Below are positions 38,092-49,190 of a stretch of 64,000 nucleotides of DNA, piece after piece. Source of the stretch: Novakomyces olei (Eukaryota). A program made the position numbers and the translations under genes. Within the stretch, counting starts at the first letter, position 1, and every line of letters starts with the position of its first letter. The notes under the pieces are model-generated. The model saw nothing but the letters and a program-made list of their open reading frames with translations. It made no database searches and was not told the origin of the DNA. Where the stretch lies: assembly GCA_016906335.1 (NCBI GenBank), contig JADEYG010000002.1:1116001-1180000 (forward strand). The letters are read 5' to 3'.

Positions 38092-38772
38092 TTATATCGT
38101 AGCGACAGGACTCTTCCAAGTGATGCCAGATGCCTCGGAGACCATGATTGCCAGTTTCCGGGCGCATCGCACTTCTGTACGTGTCACACCAAAATTCAAA
38201 GCCGCGTGTAAATGACCCTTGAGTTGAGGGTTAACGTCCTGCGGGACTAGAGCGGCAATAATAACAAGGCTCGACTCCTTGCTATCGAGCACCTTGTCAA
38301 ACGCCAGCACGGCTCCGTAAATGTGCTGAATAATTATATGCTCCAAGTCCGGGTAAGAGTGGCGTAACGACGACCGTACTTTGCCAGTGACTTTGCCATA
38401 AGTTTCGGCAAATTGTGCCTCTCCTCGTGCTTGTAAGGCAGCCAAACTCACATCGCGTTCATTTGCCCTGGAAAACTCGAGTGATCGTGCCTCAGAGGGC
38501 AAAGATTCCTTGAGCCGCTTTAAAGAATTGATTGCTTTGGGGGCACCAGTGAGAGGCAATGACTTTAAAAGCGCCTCGCGTGCTTTTAGAATGTGGTTAT
38601 CCCGCTGAGCCGCAGTTTGGCAGCAATGGTCCAACGAGTAATTGATGACTGCTGTGCTCAACTCTGGCTGATTACAAGCCGAAGCGGCCACTGCGCTAAT
38701 GAGGTACCACGGATCCGAGGCAAACGACGGGAAATGGCTCGCTGCCCGTAAACGCTCCAATAGACCATTCAT
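38092..38772 (-). CDS. Carboxymuconolactone decarboxylase/AhpD-like protein (Pxp2-like)
   Basis: REALLKS..GAPKAIN, RG..F..TYG, YGAVL, QDVNPQLKGHL. Confidence 0.8.
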   Translation of the reverse strand: MNGLLERLRAASHFPSFASDPWYLISAVAASACNQPELSTAVINYSLDHCCQTAAQRDNHILKAREALLKSLPLTGAPKAINSLKRLKESLPSEARSLEFSRANERDVSLAALQARGEAQFAETYGKVTGKVRSSLRHSYPDLEHIIIQHIYGAVLAFDKVLDSKESSLVIIAALVPQDVNPQLKGHLHAALNFGVTRTEVRCARKLAIMVSEASGITWKSPVATI

Positions 38773-39129
38773 TTAAACATTTTGCAGTGGACCACGGCAG
38801 TGGCTCTGTTCATATTATATGAGCATCTGTACATAACCCTAAATAACCCTAACCCTTCTCCCAAAAATACTGTTAATGATAATAATATATATACATAATT
38901 TATTTACTTTATATTTATATATATTACGTGTGTAATGGATTGGCACTTGTGGATCCAGCCTCTTTAAATAGTTAAAACAAATCGCAGTCGTCCATTGTGG
39001 CATCGGGGAGTATACATGTTCTCTTTTGCGAGTCGTGTTGCATTCACTCTGCTGCAGAGACGATTTGAAAGAGACGGCAAGACTCGTATATACGCAATCC
39101 CGTACAGCAGTTGAAGGCATTATTTACCA

Positions 39130-39308
39130 GCTGTTGTATATTCATCGCTATATTCCCCATATTATTTACCATTCACTAAATTATTCACTATAATATTCAA
39201 TATATTCGCTATATTCACTATATTCACTATTCACCATATTCACTATATTATTCACTTTAATATTCACCAAATTCACCATATTCACTATACTCACTATAAT
39301 ATTCACCA
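39130..39308. repeat. Degenerate tandem repeat (ATATTCAC(T/C) core)
   Basis: Read directly, upstream of CYR1. Confidence 0.8.
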
Positions 39309-39532
39309 CTTGTTATCATGGCAAGTAAGCCAAATCACCGTACGAGACCTGTGCGTTCGAAACCACATGAATTCATGGACGGCAAAAGGCGGCGAATTGT
39401 ACATATAGTGCGGCACAACAAATGTAGTATCTGTATCATTGGGCATGTGGCTATCTTTACAAACGCGTAAACCTGTCTTTTGCGGCACTGCCTGCTTTAA
39501 TTGCGAACTGCAGTGAGTAGTCGCTGGCAAAA

Positions 39533-42500
39533 ATGTCGAAATCGTCGAGCGGCAGTGCGAGCAGCGGTGACGGGGACAAGCTTCAATGGAAGGCTCGCGC
39601 TAATAAGCGGCTGCAGGCAATAGCGTCTATTACGGGAGAACTTACTCGCACTAAAAGTCAGCCTCAATTCGAGGACGGGTCGGGTGCAGAGCCCGACCAG
39701 CAGAATTTCAATAATTGGGCTTTCCCCAAAGACGACTTGGCCGTCCCCGCCGAGGCAAGTCGGACCGTTTTGCCACACGTGCCCCTGAGCAGTGCAAGGG
39801 CACCCGCAAAGACTAATAGAGGCACAGCAAAGACCCCAGAAAATTCAAGAGCAAACCACAATCGCAACTCCTCCAGCCAACCTGCCTCGGCCTCGCCGAC
39901 CAGCAGTGCCAAGCCGAAATCGGCCAAAGGCGATTTCGGTGACGTCTATGACAGAAGCGGGTCGTCGTCTCCGGCAGCTGGTCTGTCGGCCTCGTTGCAT
40001 TCTCCCAGCGCAAGCAATGTGCCGTCAACGGCAGGGTCGGATACACTGCCGTCACAGCGGAAGCCTAGATCTTCACAGCTCTTTAAAAAGTTTAGACGGA
40101 CGTATGGCAAGCTGCGGGAGGAATCAAAGCATTACAATGGCGGTAGTCATAACAGCAACAACAATAATAATAATAATAACAACAATAACAATAACAATAA
40201 TAACAATATTAGCACTTCGTCATCGGGAGGATTCTTTCACGATTATTCGTTTTATCCCAACCGGGTTTTCAGTGCTGGCTCAAAGTTTGAAACGTTGTCG
40301 CCGCTCGCCAGTTCGGCGTCTAATGACCAGCGCTATATGCTCGGCTACGGGTGGGATGGAGCAACTGCTTCTTCAGAAGATGCGTCTGATATGGGCGCGG
40401 GCGTACCCTGGGCCGACACTTCACAGAGCACTCCAAGGCCGCCCGCTGAGGCAGAGCACGAGCCGGCCGATTGGTACCAGCTGCCTGCTCCATCTAATGC
40501 ACACGATCGTGATTCTGCCAGTGTACAGCTCCCAGAATCAGCAAACTCATCCATAAGTCACATGAAGATTACGGCTTTTGCTAAAAGTTCAGACAAAGCA
40601 TCAGAAAAGGCAGAGAGTGCACCGGATCAGCGTCGGCCATCCGCAGTGAACCATTGTATCCGCATACTACGCCAAGACGGAACGTTTGCTACTGTGCTGG
40701 CCCGGCTGGATATAACTACGGACGGCCTTATCCAGATTCTTTGCCGAAAATTCTTCATTTCCAATCATACAGATCAGACAATTGTGCTATTTAAAAACGG
40801 GTTATCTAGAGAACTGGCGCCTCATGAAAGGCCGCTCGTAATACAAAACGATCTATTAAAGCAGGCTGGCCACACTGAAGACGACAGGCTTGAAGTATTG
40901 GGACGGGAAGATAATTCGATCCTGTGCAGGTTTGTCCTCGTTTCAAAGGCGTTTTACGAGTCGTCGATGGAAAACATATCTGTGCCGGAGGATACAGATT
41001 GCGTAGACTTGCTGGGCCGCAATTTAAAGCATATACCTATTGCAGTGTTGAAGCAAGCGGGCACGCTCAAGGCACTGGATGTCTCGCGCAACCTTTCCAT
41101 TGATATACCCGTGGATTTCCTGCAATCGTGTTCCCAGTTGGAGGTGATTAAGCTCCAAGCGTGCGAGATTAACGGAATCAACTCAAATTTTAACGAGGTC
41201 GTCAGCCTTAAATGCTTTGATTTGTCTGAAAACTTCATTGCCGACCTGCAAGGGTCACATTTGGACCGAAACCTAAGGCTGCGTGATCTCGAGTTGAGGG
41301 GCAATCTGTTAACGACAGTGCCCTCGTGGTTTGAGCATTTCGCGAGTTTGCAGACACTTAATCTCTCCTTCAACAGCCTGCAAGAGATCCCAGAGGCTAT
41401 CGCGTCTATAGGCACACTGACGCACCTGAACGTGTCCTTCAACATGCTATCGCGGGTGCCTGCGTCGATTGTAACAATGCCGAATTTGCAAGAGCTTTTG
41501 TGTAACAATAACAAACTCGATGAGCTTCATTGCTCCTTTAGCGAATCGCGTATAACCGAGCTGAACCTGCAGCACAACCGGCTAACAGATATCGACACGC
41601 TGATGGAGATGGTGTATTTGAAGAAAGCCGAGTGCGATTATAATGCTATTTCAAACGTACGGTTCAGTGGTCCCCGGCTGCAGCATCTATCACTGGCTCA
41701 CAATCCCCTGACCTCCTTTGAGGTCGTAGCGGCTGCCGAGTACAGTACAACGCTGCTCGACCTGAGCTTTGGTAAGCTCAGCAGCCTCGATCCCAATGTG
41801 TTTACGTACTTGAGCAACCTGAGGTCGCTGCGACTGGACCACAATCAGCTAACCTCCCTGCCCGCTGAAATTGGTGCTCTAACAAGCCTTAAAGACTTGA
41901 GCGCTTCGCAAAACAATCTGGCCAGTATTCCAGCAGAGATTGGAAACTGCTCGCAGCTGTCAAAAATCAATCTGTACTCGAACAATCTCAAGAGCATCCC
42001 TCCGCAGATATGGGACCTGGCAGAGCTGAGTTTTTTGAATGTTAGCTCAAACCTGTTGACCGCGTTTCCCGTCCCGGCTCCAAGCGCAGACGCAAGAGAT
42101 GGAAAAGGAAGAGATGGAAGAGGAAGAGATGGAAAAGGAAGAGATGGAAGAGAAGGAGAAGGAAATGAAAATGACGGAAAAGAAAATGACGGAAAAGAAA
42201 ATGACGAAAATAACGAAAAAGAAGAAAACCAGCCAGTGGGTGAGCCAGTGGGTGAGCCAGCAGACCGTGAGCGGCAGTCGTCTGCTACGTCATTGTCGCG
42301 AGCAGACCGGGCGGCGGTACGGAGTCTGATGTTTCTGAACCTTGGAGACAACCAGTTGACGGACGACTGCTTTGAGTCTATCTGTCTGTTTGACAATCTG
42401 TGTGTACTGAACCTGTCGTACAACGAGATATTCGAGATCCCCCAAGGAGCCTTTGCACGTATGGGCAAGTTGCGAGAGCTGTACATCTCTGGCAACGAGC

Positions 42501-45500
42501 TGACAGCTCTGCCGGCGGACGAGTTTGACCATCTGCGGCTGCTAAACGTCCTCTTTGTCAACGGCAACAAGCTGCAAACCATCCCGGCAGAGCTGGCGAG
42601 GGTGCGTCATTTAGGAGCGCTTGATGTGAGTGGCAATGCGCTCAAGTACAATGTAACAAACTGGCCGTACGACTGGAACTGGAACTACAACCCAGAGCTG
42701 TTTTACCTCAACCTGTCTGGCAATAGGCGGCTGGAAATAAACCATGGGACAACGAATAGGGAGCGGTCACTCACCGCCTTTGAGCGGCTGACAAAGCTGC
42801 GGATGCTGGGGCTAATGGACGTGACGCTCACGATCCCGACTGTCCCCGAGGAGTACGAGGACAGACGGGTGCGGACAATCGGCACTGACCTGAACAACGT
42901 AAGGTGGGGGGTCGCTGATTTTACGGGTCCACAGCACCATATCCGGGCCACTGATCTGGCCATTTCACAGTTCCGGGGCAACGACAAGGAGTGGGTCTTT
43001 GCCGTCTTTGACGGGATTGGAGTGGCAGACGGGCCCAACAAGGTGGCCATGTACCTGCGCCATACGTTTGCCAGCAAATTTGCCCACGAGCTGGCCAAAT
43101 TAGCGAGTGGAGAGGCTGCCGGAAATGCCTTGCGCCGCTCCTTTTTAGCGCTCAGTAAAGACTTGGGTCTCGTAATGCCTCCAGCTGGACGTGACGAGAA
43201 GCTGTACAGTCTGCTCAATGTACCACTCAGTTCGAGCCGTGACACTCGGCCAGAATTTGCCTCTAATTTCAGTGTGGCAGACAGAAGCACTGGAGCTTGT
43301 AGTATCGTGGCCCACGTCTGTGGCCGGCGAATCCACCTCGCCGGCCTCGGCACTTGCCTTGCCGTAATGGCCAAGACGGACGGCGATGCCGTTTGCCTTA
43401 CACAACAACATTCTGTCCGGAACGAGGCGGAAGTGAGACGTGTAAAGGCAGCGGGCGGCTTTATAGACAGCAAAGGCCGTCTGAACCGTCGGTTCAGAGC
43501 CTTTAGGGCTATCGGCTGTGCCAGCGATGCGCCTATAGTCCAACCAGCGCCCTCTCTCACGACCATTGACGTCACCGAGTCTGACGATCTTTTAATATTG
43601 GCCAATGACGGACTGTGGGACTATATAACGTTTCAGACAGCGGCCGATGTAGCCCGAACCCACCGTACTGACCCGCTGGCGGCCAGTTTAAAGCTGCGAG
43701 ATTTCGCTCTTGCCTATGGCGCCAGCAAGACGGTTATCGTAATGGTCATTGCCGTCCACGATATATTTGCTGGACGGCTAACAAGGCCGCCTCATGTGGC
43801 AGTCGGCAGCAGCCTGCATAGGCCCAATATGGGCCTTTTGCTGGCAGAGGAGGACTACCTCCTCAACTACCGCTCTAAACTGCGCCGCAGCGGCCGCTCA
43901 AGTGGACCAGAGGACTCTACACTGGCCAGACTGAGCCGGGAAGTGGCCCCTCCAACTGGGATGGTAGCGCTCGTGTTTACAGACATCAAAAACTCGACAC
44001 TCCTGTGGGAGACAGAGCCGGAGGCTATGCGCTCTGCTATGCGGCTGCACAACTCTATCATCCGCCGTCAGCTGCGTACGATTGGCGGGTACGAAGTGAA
44101 GAACGAGGGCGATGCCTTTATGGTCTGCTTTCCCACTGTCACGTCTGCCCTGCTGTGGTGCTTCACCGTCCAGACTCAGCTGCTTAACGCCGACTGGCCC
44201 GCCGGCGTTAAGCACGGAGGTAACGTTAGAGTGCCGGGGGGGGAGTATACGCAGCTGTACAACGGCCTCTCTGTCCGTATGGGGATCAACTGGGGGGCTC
44301 CGGTTTGTGAAGTTGATCCTATCACGAAGCGCATGGATTACTTTGGGACTGTTGTCAATCGAGCTGCTCGGATAAGCGCCGAGGCTGACGGTGGAGAGAT
44401 TACCGTCAGCTCTGATTTTTGCAAGATGCTGAACCGGTTGCAATCTTTGTCGGCTCTATCGGCTCTGTCGAAGACAGAGAAGGCAGAGTCGACTCTGTCA
44501 AAGACAGAGGAGACTCTGTCAGAGACAGACAGGACTCTGTCAAAGACAGAGACAGAGTCGACTCTGTCAAAGACAGAGACAGAGAGGGCTCTTTCAAATA
44601 CAGAGAAGACTCTTTCAAATACAGAGCTGTCAAATACAGATAAGGCTCTGACAAAGACAGAGAGGGCTCTTTCAAAGACAGAGAAGACTCTTTCAAATAC
44701 AGAGGAGACTCTTTCAAATACAGAGACAGATAAGGCTCTTTCAAAGACAGAGCTGTCAAAGGCACAGACAGATAAGATTCTGTCAAAGACAGATAAGACT
44801 CTGTCAAATACAGAGAAGGCTCTGTCAAATACAGAGAAGACTCTTTCAAATACAGAGCTGTCAAAGACAGATAAGGCTCTTTCAAAGACAGAGCTGTCAA
44901 ATACAGACGAGACTCTTTCAAAGACAGAGACAGATAAGGCTCTGTCAAAGACGGAAACAGATAAGGCTCTTTCAAAGACAGAGACGGCTCTGCCATCTCT
45001 GTCTCTGGCAGAGCCAACTGACCTGGAGCTGGCGGACCTCGGGATGGACAGTGTCACACTTCAAACAGTGACGCGCGACTTTGGCGCTCTGCACAGGATC
45101 GGGTACGAGATCCACGACCTCGGCGAGCGCAAGCTTAAAGGCCTCGAGTCGCTCGAGTGGATAGCGCTCGTGTTCCCTTCCAATCTTGCCGGACGGTACT
45201 ATTACACTCGGCACCGACTGGACTCTAACGCTGCCTCTCCTCGGACACAGAGTGCCGATGCTTCGGGTCTTTTACCCGCCGCTGCTGAAGCCGCTGCTGA
45301 AGAGCTGGCGGCTGCAGATGCTGCGGCAGAAGCGTCACGGATACTGAGGCCAGAGGCACTGGAAGTGCTGCCTCTGCTGCACCGCCTTGTCGCCCGATTC
45401 TGGAGGATTCTTGTACGGCTCGAGAGGTGCAACGACAGCACTTTTGGCAGCAATCTGCGCAGGCCGAGCGATCTGCTCATCAACTTTCAGGAAACTATTC

Positions 45501-45664
45501 TCGATAACCTTCCGGAAGACGAGGCCGACGAAATCTACCTCGGGTTCATCGTCGACTTTCTGCGCCGTCTGGAAAGCGCTATTCTCTCTATCGCCCTCTG
45601 GAAACACGGGATCAGCCACGACGAGATGCTCTCACAGGTCTTGAAGATGAAGCCAGAAAGGTGA
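39533..45664 (+). CDS. CYR1: Adenylate cyclase (Ras-association, LRR, PP2C-like, class III cyclase domains)
   Basis: CIRILRQDGTF, LRRs, NWPYDWNWNYN, VFTDIKNST, YEVKNEGDAFMV, MDYFGTVVNRAAR, LGERKLKGLE. Confidence 0.97.
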   Translation: MSKSSSGSASSGDGDKLQWKARANKRLQAIASITGELTRTKSQPQFEDGSGAEPDQQNFNNWAFPKDDLAVPAEASRTVLPHVPLSSARAPAKTNRGTAKTPENSRANHNRNSSSQPASASPTSSAKPKSAKGDFGDVYDRSGSSSPAAGLSASLHSPSASNVPSTAGSDTLPSQRKPRSSQLFKKFRRTYGKLREESKHYNGGSHNSNNNNNNNNNNNNNNNNNISTSSSGGFFHDYSFYPNRVFSAGSKFETLSPLASSASNDQRYMLGYGWDGATASSEDASDMGAGVPWADTSQSTPRPPAEAEHEPADWYQLPAPSNAHDRDSASVQLPESANSSISHMKITAFAKSSDKASEKAESAPDQRRPSAVNHCIRILRQDGTFATVLARLDITTDGLIQILCRKFFISNHTDQTIVLFKNGLSRELAPHERPLVIQNDLLKQAGHTEDDRLEVLGREDNSILCRFVLVSKAFYESSMENISVPEDTDCVDLLGRNLKHIPIAVLKQAGTLKALDVSRNLSIDIPVDFLQSCSQLEVIKLQACEINGINSNFNEVVSLKCFDLSENFIADLQGSHLDRNLRLRDLELRGNLLTTVPSWFEHFASLQTLNLSFNSLQEIPEAIASIGTLTHLNVSFNMLSRVPASIVTMPNLQELLCNNNKLDELHCSFSESRITELNLQHNRLTDIDTLMEMVYLKKAECDYNAISNVRFSGPRLQHLSLAHNPLTSFEVVAAAEYSTTLLDLSFGKLSSLDPNVFTYLSNLRSLRLDHNQLTSLPAEIGALTSLKDLSASQNNLASIPAEIGNCSQLSKINLYSNNLKSIPPQIWDLAELSFLNVSSNLLTAFPVPAPSADARDGKGRDGRGRDGKGRDGREGEGNENDGKENDGKENDENNEKEENQPVGEPVGEPADRERQSSATSLSRADRAAVRSLMFLNLGDNQLTDDCFESICLFDNLCVLNLSYNEIFEIPQGAFARMGKLRELYISGNELTALPADEFDHLRLLNVLFVNGNKLQTIPAELARVRHLGALDVSGNALKYNVTNWPYDWNWNYNPELFYLNLSGNRRLEINHGTTNRERSLTAFERLTKLRMLGLMDVTLTIPTVPEEYEDRRVRTIGTDLNNVRWGVADFTGPQHHIRATDLAISQFRGNDKEWVFAVFDGIGVADGPNKVAMYLRHTFASKFAHELAKLASGEAAGNALRRSFLALSKDLGLVMPPAGRDEKLYSLLNVPLSSSRDTRPEFASNFSVADRSTGACSIVAHVCGRRIHLAGLGTCLAVMAKTDGDAVCLTQQHSVRNEAEVRRVKAAGGFIDSKGRLNRRFRAFRAIGCASDAPIVQPAPSLTTIDVTESDDLLILANDGLWDYITFQTAADVARTHRTDPLAASLKLRDFALAYGASKTVIVMVIAVHDIFAGRLTRPPHVAVGSSLHRPNMGLLLAEEDYLLNYRSKLRRSGRSSGPEDSTLARLSREVAPPTGMVALVFTDIKNSTLLWETEPEAMRSAMRLHNSIIRRQLRTIGGYEVKNEGDAFMVCFPTVTSALLWCFTVQTQLLNADWPAGVKHGGNVRVPGGEYTQLYNGLSVRMGINWGAPVCEVDPITKRMDYFGTVVNRAARISAEADGGEITVSSDFCKMLNRLQSLSALSALSKTEKAESTLSKTEETLSETDRTLSKTETESTLSKTETERALSNTEKTLSNTELSNTDKALTKTERALSKTEKTLSNTEETLSNTETDKALSKTELSKAQTDKILSKTDKTLSNTEKALSNTEKTLSNTELSKTDKALSKTELSNTDETLSKTETDKALSKTETDKALSKTETALPSLSLAEPTDLELADLGMDSVTLQTVTRDFGALHRIGYEIHDLGERKLKGLESLEWIALVFPSNLAGRYYYTRHRLDSNAASPRTQSADASGLLPAAAEAAAEELAAADAAAEASRILRPEALEVLPLLHRLVARFWRILVRLERCNDSTFGSNLRRPSDLLINFQETILDNLPEDEADEIYLGFIVDFLRRLESAILSIALWKHGISHDEMLSQVLKMKPER
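44462..44990 (+). repeat. Coding tandem repeat in CYR1 (LS(K/N)TE units of 15, 21 or 27 nt)
   Basis: Read directly; core CTCT(G/T)TCAAA(G/T)ACAGAG. Confidence 0.95.
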
Positions 45665-45961
45665 GGACTGGTCGATAAACAACTCGTCCACGAGGTACAG
45701 TCCTGCTGCTACTCACCGGGTTCTGGTCGGACGTACTTTTTTATAGAGCTTTGCATTGCGGGTTGCGTATAATGAATCGCTGGTGTTTAGTTCTTTGTTG
45801 TTTTAGCGTTATTTAGTATCGACGTTTAGTACAGTATTATGTTTATAGTATTGACATTGTCAGTGTTGAGAATAGCTTATTCAGAGTTTGCTGCCATTTC
45901 CAGGGCTCTAGCTTAGGATCTGCCATCAACTAGGCTCTAGTTTAGTCTTGCACGAGTATTA

Positions 45962-46096
45962 GTGTACGAGTCAGTGTACGAGTAGTGTACGAGTCAGTGT
46001 ACGAGTCAGTGTACGAGTCAGTGTACGTCTAAAAGTAGCTATATTGAATGTACTCTATTGAATGTACTCATTGAATGTACTCATTGAATGTACTCA
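45962..46096. repeat. Two adjacent minisatellites: (GTGTACGAGTCA)n and (TTGAATGTACTCA)n
   Basis: Read directly between the convergent CYR1 and CSC1 ends. Confidence 0.9.
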
Positions 46097-46264
46097 TTGA
46101 ATGTACTCTATTGAATAGACCAAATCTGCAACAATGGATCATTGTCTATCAATCTCTTAAATACCACGTTAGATCTGTCAACGATTTAGCAATAGAAACT
46201 CTTTTCTTTGCATTACTCTTCTTCAAAGATGAATCTTCAAAGATGTATTCTCAAAGATGTATCT

Positions 46265-49137
46265 TTAAAGATCCAGCTTGTAGGAAAGACGGTCATGGTA
46301 ATCAGGCGGCATGCCAGTGATAGTTATGGCCCCGCCATCATCCATTTCACATTCGGCACAGGACATTGTTACGTTTTGCTCGGCAGCATAGGCTATTTCC
46401 TTGTCACAGAGCCGTAAAGGATCACGCGGGATCCAGACTACAGGCGGCTGTTTCCTTGAGGCAGGATCGTGGTACGCGTCCTTTTGCATGTCAGCTCGCT
46501 GGCTTTGTGTGAGCAGAACGTCCGCGTCCGGGACGATGTACCTGTAGTTTTTCTCCTTGATTTCGTATTTGAGTATGCTCTTTACAAATTCGACGGCCTC
46601 CACCATTTTTGACTTTAAGAATCCAGTCTCGTTTCCTTTACCACTCTGATCAAGAGCTGCTGCCGGCTCTGCCGGCTCGCCATCACTTGTCCACTGGTTT
46701 CGATAGAGCAGTTCAACCGGCAGAGTCTGCAGCAGCGGGTTAACTTGCCGGCGAAGGTAGACCGTGAAAACGACACTGAAAACCAGGAGCAGAATCATCA
46801 AGACGCCCTGTACACGAGCCGCTGGCTGTATCAAAAACAAGACAGAGAGCCCCACCTGAGCGACAAAGACACCAGTTAAGGATTGGTAAAGCGCCTGCGG
46901 GTACGAGTACCCGACCATGTCCACCGTGTACCTAAAGACATACAGAAACTTGTACTTGTAAATGAGGTAGAAAGTGGAGAGAACGAGGAGGATAAACACC
47001 GACATTAAAGGGGCAATTATGAAATACGTAAGGCCAACAACGCAAAAGGTTACAAACTTGGGGAAAATAAAGCACCAGTTCATTTCTTCCAAGAACTTTG
47101 CCGACCGCCAGCGTTGCCGGGGCGTTCTGTCCCACAGAGGATCGAGGATTGCATACTTGGCAAGTCCAACTACACAAAGCAACTCCATACCGGCCAGGCC
47201 AAAGCCGCGGAGGAGCAAGTACTGGAAAAAAAAATTGGCGGCTTTGGGAAGGACGCGTGAGAGCTCCTGCACGTATTCAGGCTTGAACTTGGAGACCAGG
47301 TCGGAGAAGATTGCGGCAAAAGTGCTCCCGCTGATGCTGATGCCGACGACGACCTGGACAAAGAGAAAGACGAAGTGCAGAAGCAGCGAGTCTGCACAGA
47401 CCTCAGAGTAGGTAGTGACTCCCATTTGCAATACTGCAAACTGAATGCCAAAGGGCACAAGGGTTAGAAGGATTTCGAGAATGATTGCCGGCAGTAGCGA
47501 CGTGCAAAGGCCTCTTACAAACTTTGGGTAGCGTTCAAGACCGGCCAGCCAGGCCCATTTGCCCGTGTACGATTTGACCTGGTTCAGAGCAGAGGCAAAG
47601 GAGGCCGGGACAGTGAAGAGTAAAGTGAGCAAGACAATAATCAGCATCATTGTCGTAGTACGCAGAATCCGCTGCCACCAAAGAAGACCGAGGTTTGCCC
47701 AGACTACGTCTTCCGGAGACGCATTGATCACTCGGGTCGCCATGAAATTTGGCGATTTATGCGCAATACTCTGAACGGCCAAATGCGCAGCCAATTGGGT
47801 CTTGAATTTGATGAAAACTGCACTACATACACTGAACTGGTCTGTGCTTTGCTGCAGTAAACGAATATCTATACTCAACTGTGCAATTTTGTCCACCAAG
47901 TCTTGAATCACGTCAACGCTTGGGCCCAATCGAGGGATTCGAAGCGGACCAAAGGCAAGTGTGCTTCGACGCAGCGGCCTGGCGCTTTTAAAAAGCGGAG
48001 TAAACGACTCGATATCGGCCAACAGAGAGTCCGAGTTGTCTGTTACTCTCAAAGCCTCTTTGCCAGTGTCATTGGCTCGAGTCTGACACTTGTCTATAGA
48101 ATCCTCGCCACCGGCTTGCTCAGCCTTTTTCGCCAACTGACGATGCATCTTGATTGCCCTACGCATATACACAATCTCCTGCAGCTCCAATTCGTGGACG
48201 AGCTGTTTCCGCTGACGGATAAGCCTTGTGAGCGGATTCAAATCACGGTTCAGCCAAATGCGTTCTACTCCGCCGGGGTAAACGGAAAACAGGTCGGATA
48301 AAGCCTCGACAGATAATTGGTGGTGTGGGACAGCCATCACCATTATCGTCGTTGCCCTCACACGGCGGGTAAAGACGGGACTGCTTACATAGTCCTGGTA
48401 GATGGCAATGTAGTCGAAAAACTCTCTGCGTATAACGAGTAGCACAATCGGGTAAAACACGTAGCTGAGGACACAGTGCGCCCAGTACCGGCGCGATTGT
48501 GTTTTGGGAACTCCGCTAAAGGAAAAAATGTCGAGGCCTTGTGTTTCTGGATCGTGTGCAATTGAGTTTAGTGGCAGTAAAATGGGCATACAGAGGCACG
48601 CTCCGAAAAAGAAGACACCCAGAAAGAGTTTCAGGTAGCGCAGGAAAAAGAAGGCGTCAAGTCCGCATTTTGTCACGATTTCTTCTGGACGTGTACGCGC
48701 AATGTCAAACAGGAAATGCAAAGGCGATATTGGTGTAGGCTTGCATCGCCTTTGATCGGGTATTGATTCGATAACGCCCTGTAACAAATGTCAGCAATCA
48801 AGAAGAAAGTATAGGAAAAAAAAAATATAAAAAATAAACATAAAAAATAAATATAAAAAATAAATATAAAAGAAAAAGAAAAAAAAAATAAATATAAAAA
48901 ACAATTTGCAGAAAAGGGATATATTACAGCTTTGGGCTCGTACACCCGTGGTAAGAGTTTGCGGATCAGTAGAAACGCAACCAAACAGCTGGCAAAAGAT
49001 ATAAAAGTCGCACTGACACCACTGAGAAAATTCTGTAGGGAGACGTCCTGCAGAATAGGCTCTGCTTCAGGCATAGTGCGAGCGAACCCCTTTAGCAAGC
49101 CACAAATATTTATCAAAGCCTCCCATTTTGCAATCAT
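46265..49137 (-). CDS. CSC1/OSCA/TMEM63 (DUF221) calcium-permeable channel; intron ~48779-48928; alternative start 49074
   Basis: RVYEPK, CGLDAFFFLRYL, PILLPLN, FIKFKTQLAAH, PEDVVWANL, LPKAANFF, TPRQRW, IIAPL. Confidence 0.92.
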
Positions 49138-49190
49138 GAGTAAGGATCAAATGATCTTCTCATACAGTCACGTGACCGGGACCTGATCTA

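Noticed and set aside
38975..39100. Stem-loop TGCGAGTC/GACTCGTA upstream of CYR1
   Set aside because: No box motifs; not distinguishable from chance or UTR structure
44338..45057. Antisense ORFs (239 and 203 aa) over the CYR1 repeat
   Set aside because: By-products of a stop-free palindromic repeat
45962..46096. Short repeats as a CRISPR-like array
   Set aside because: Head-to-tail units with no unique spacers, eukaryotic context, no cas genes
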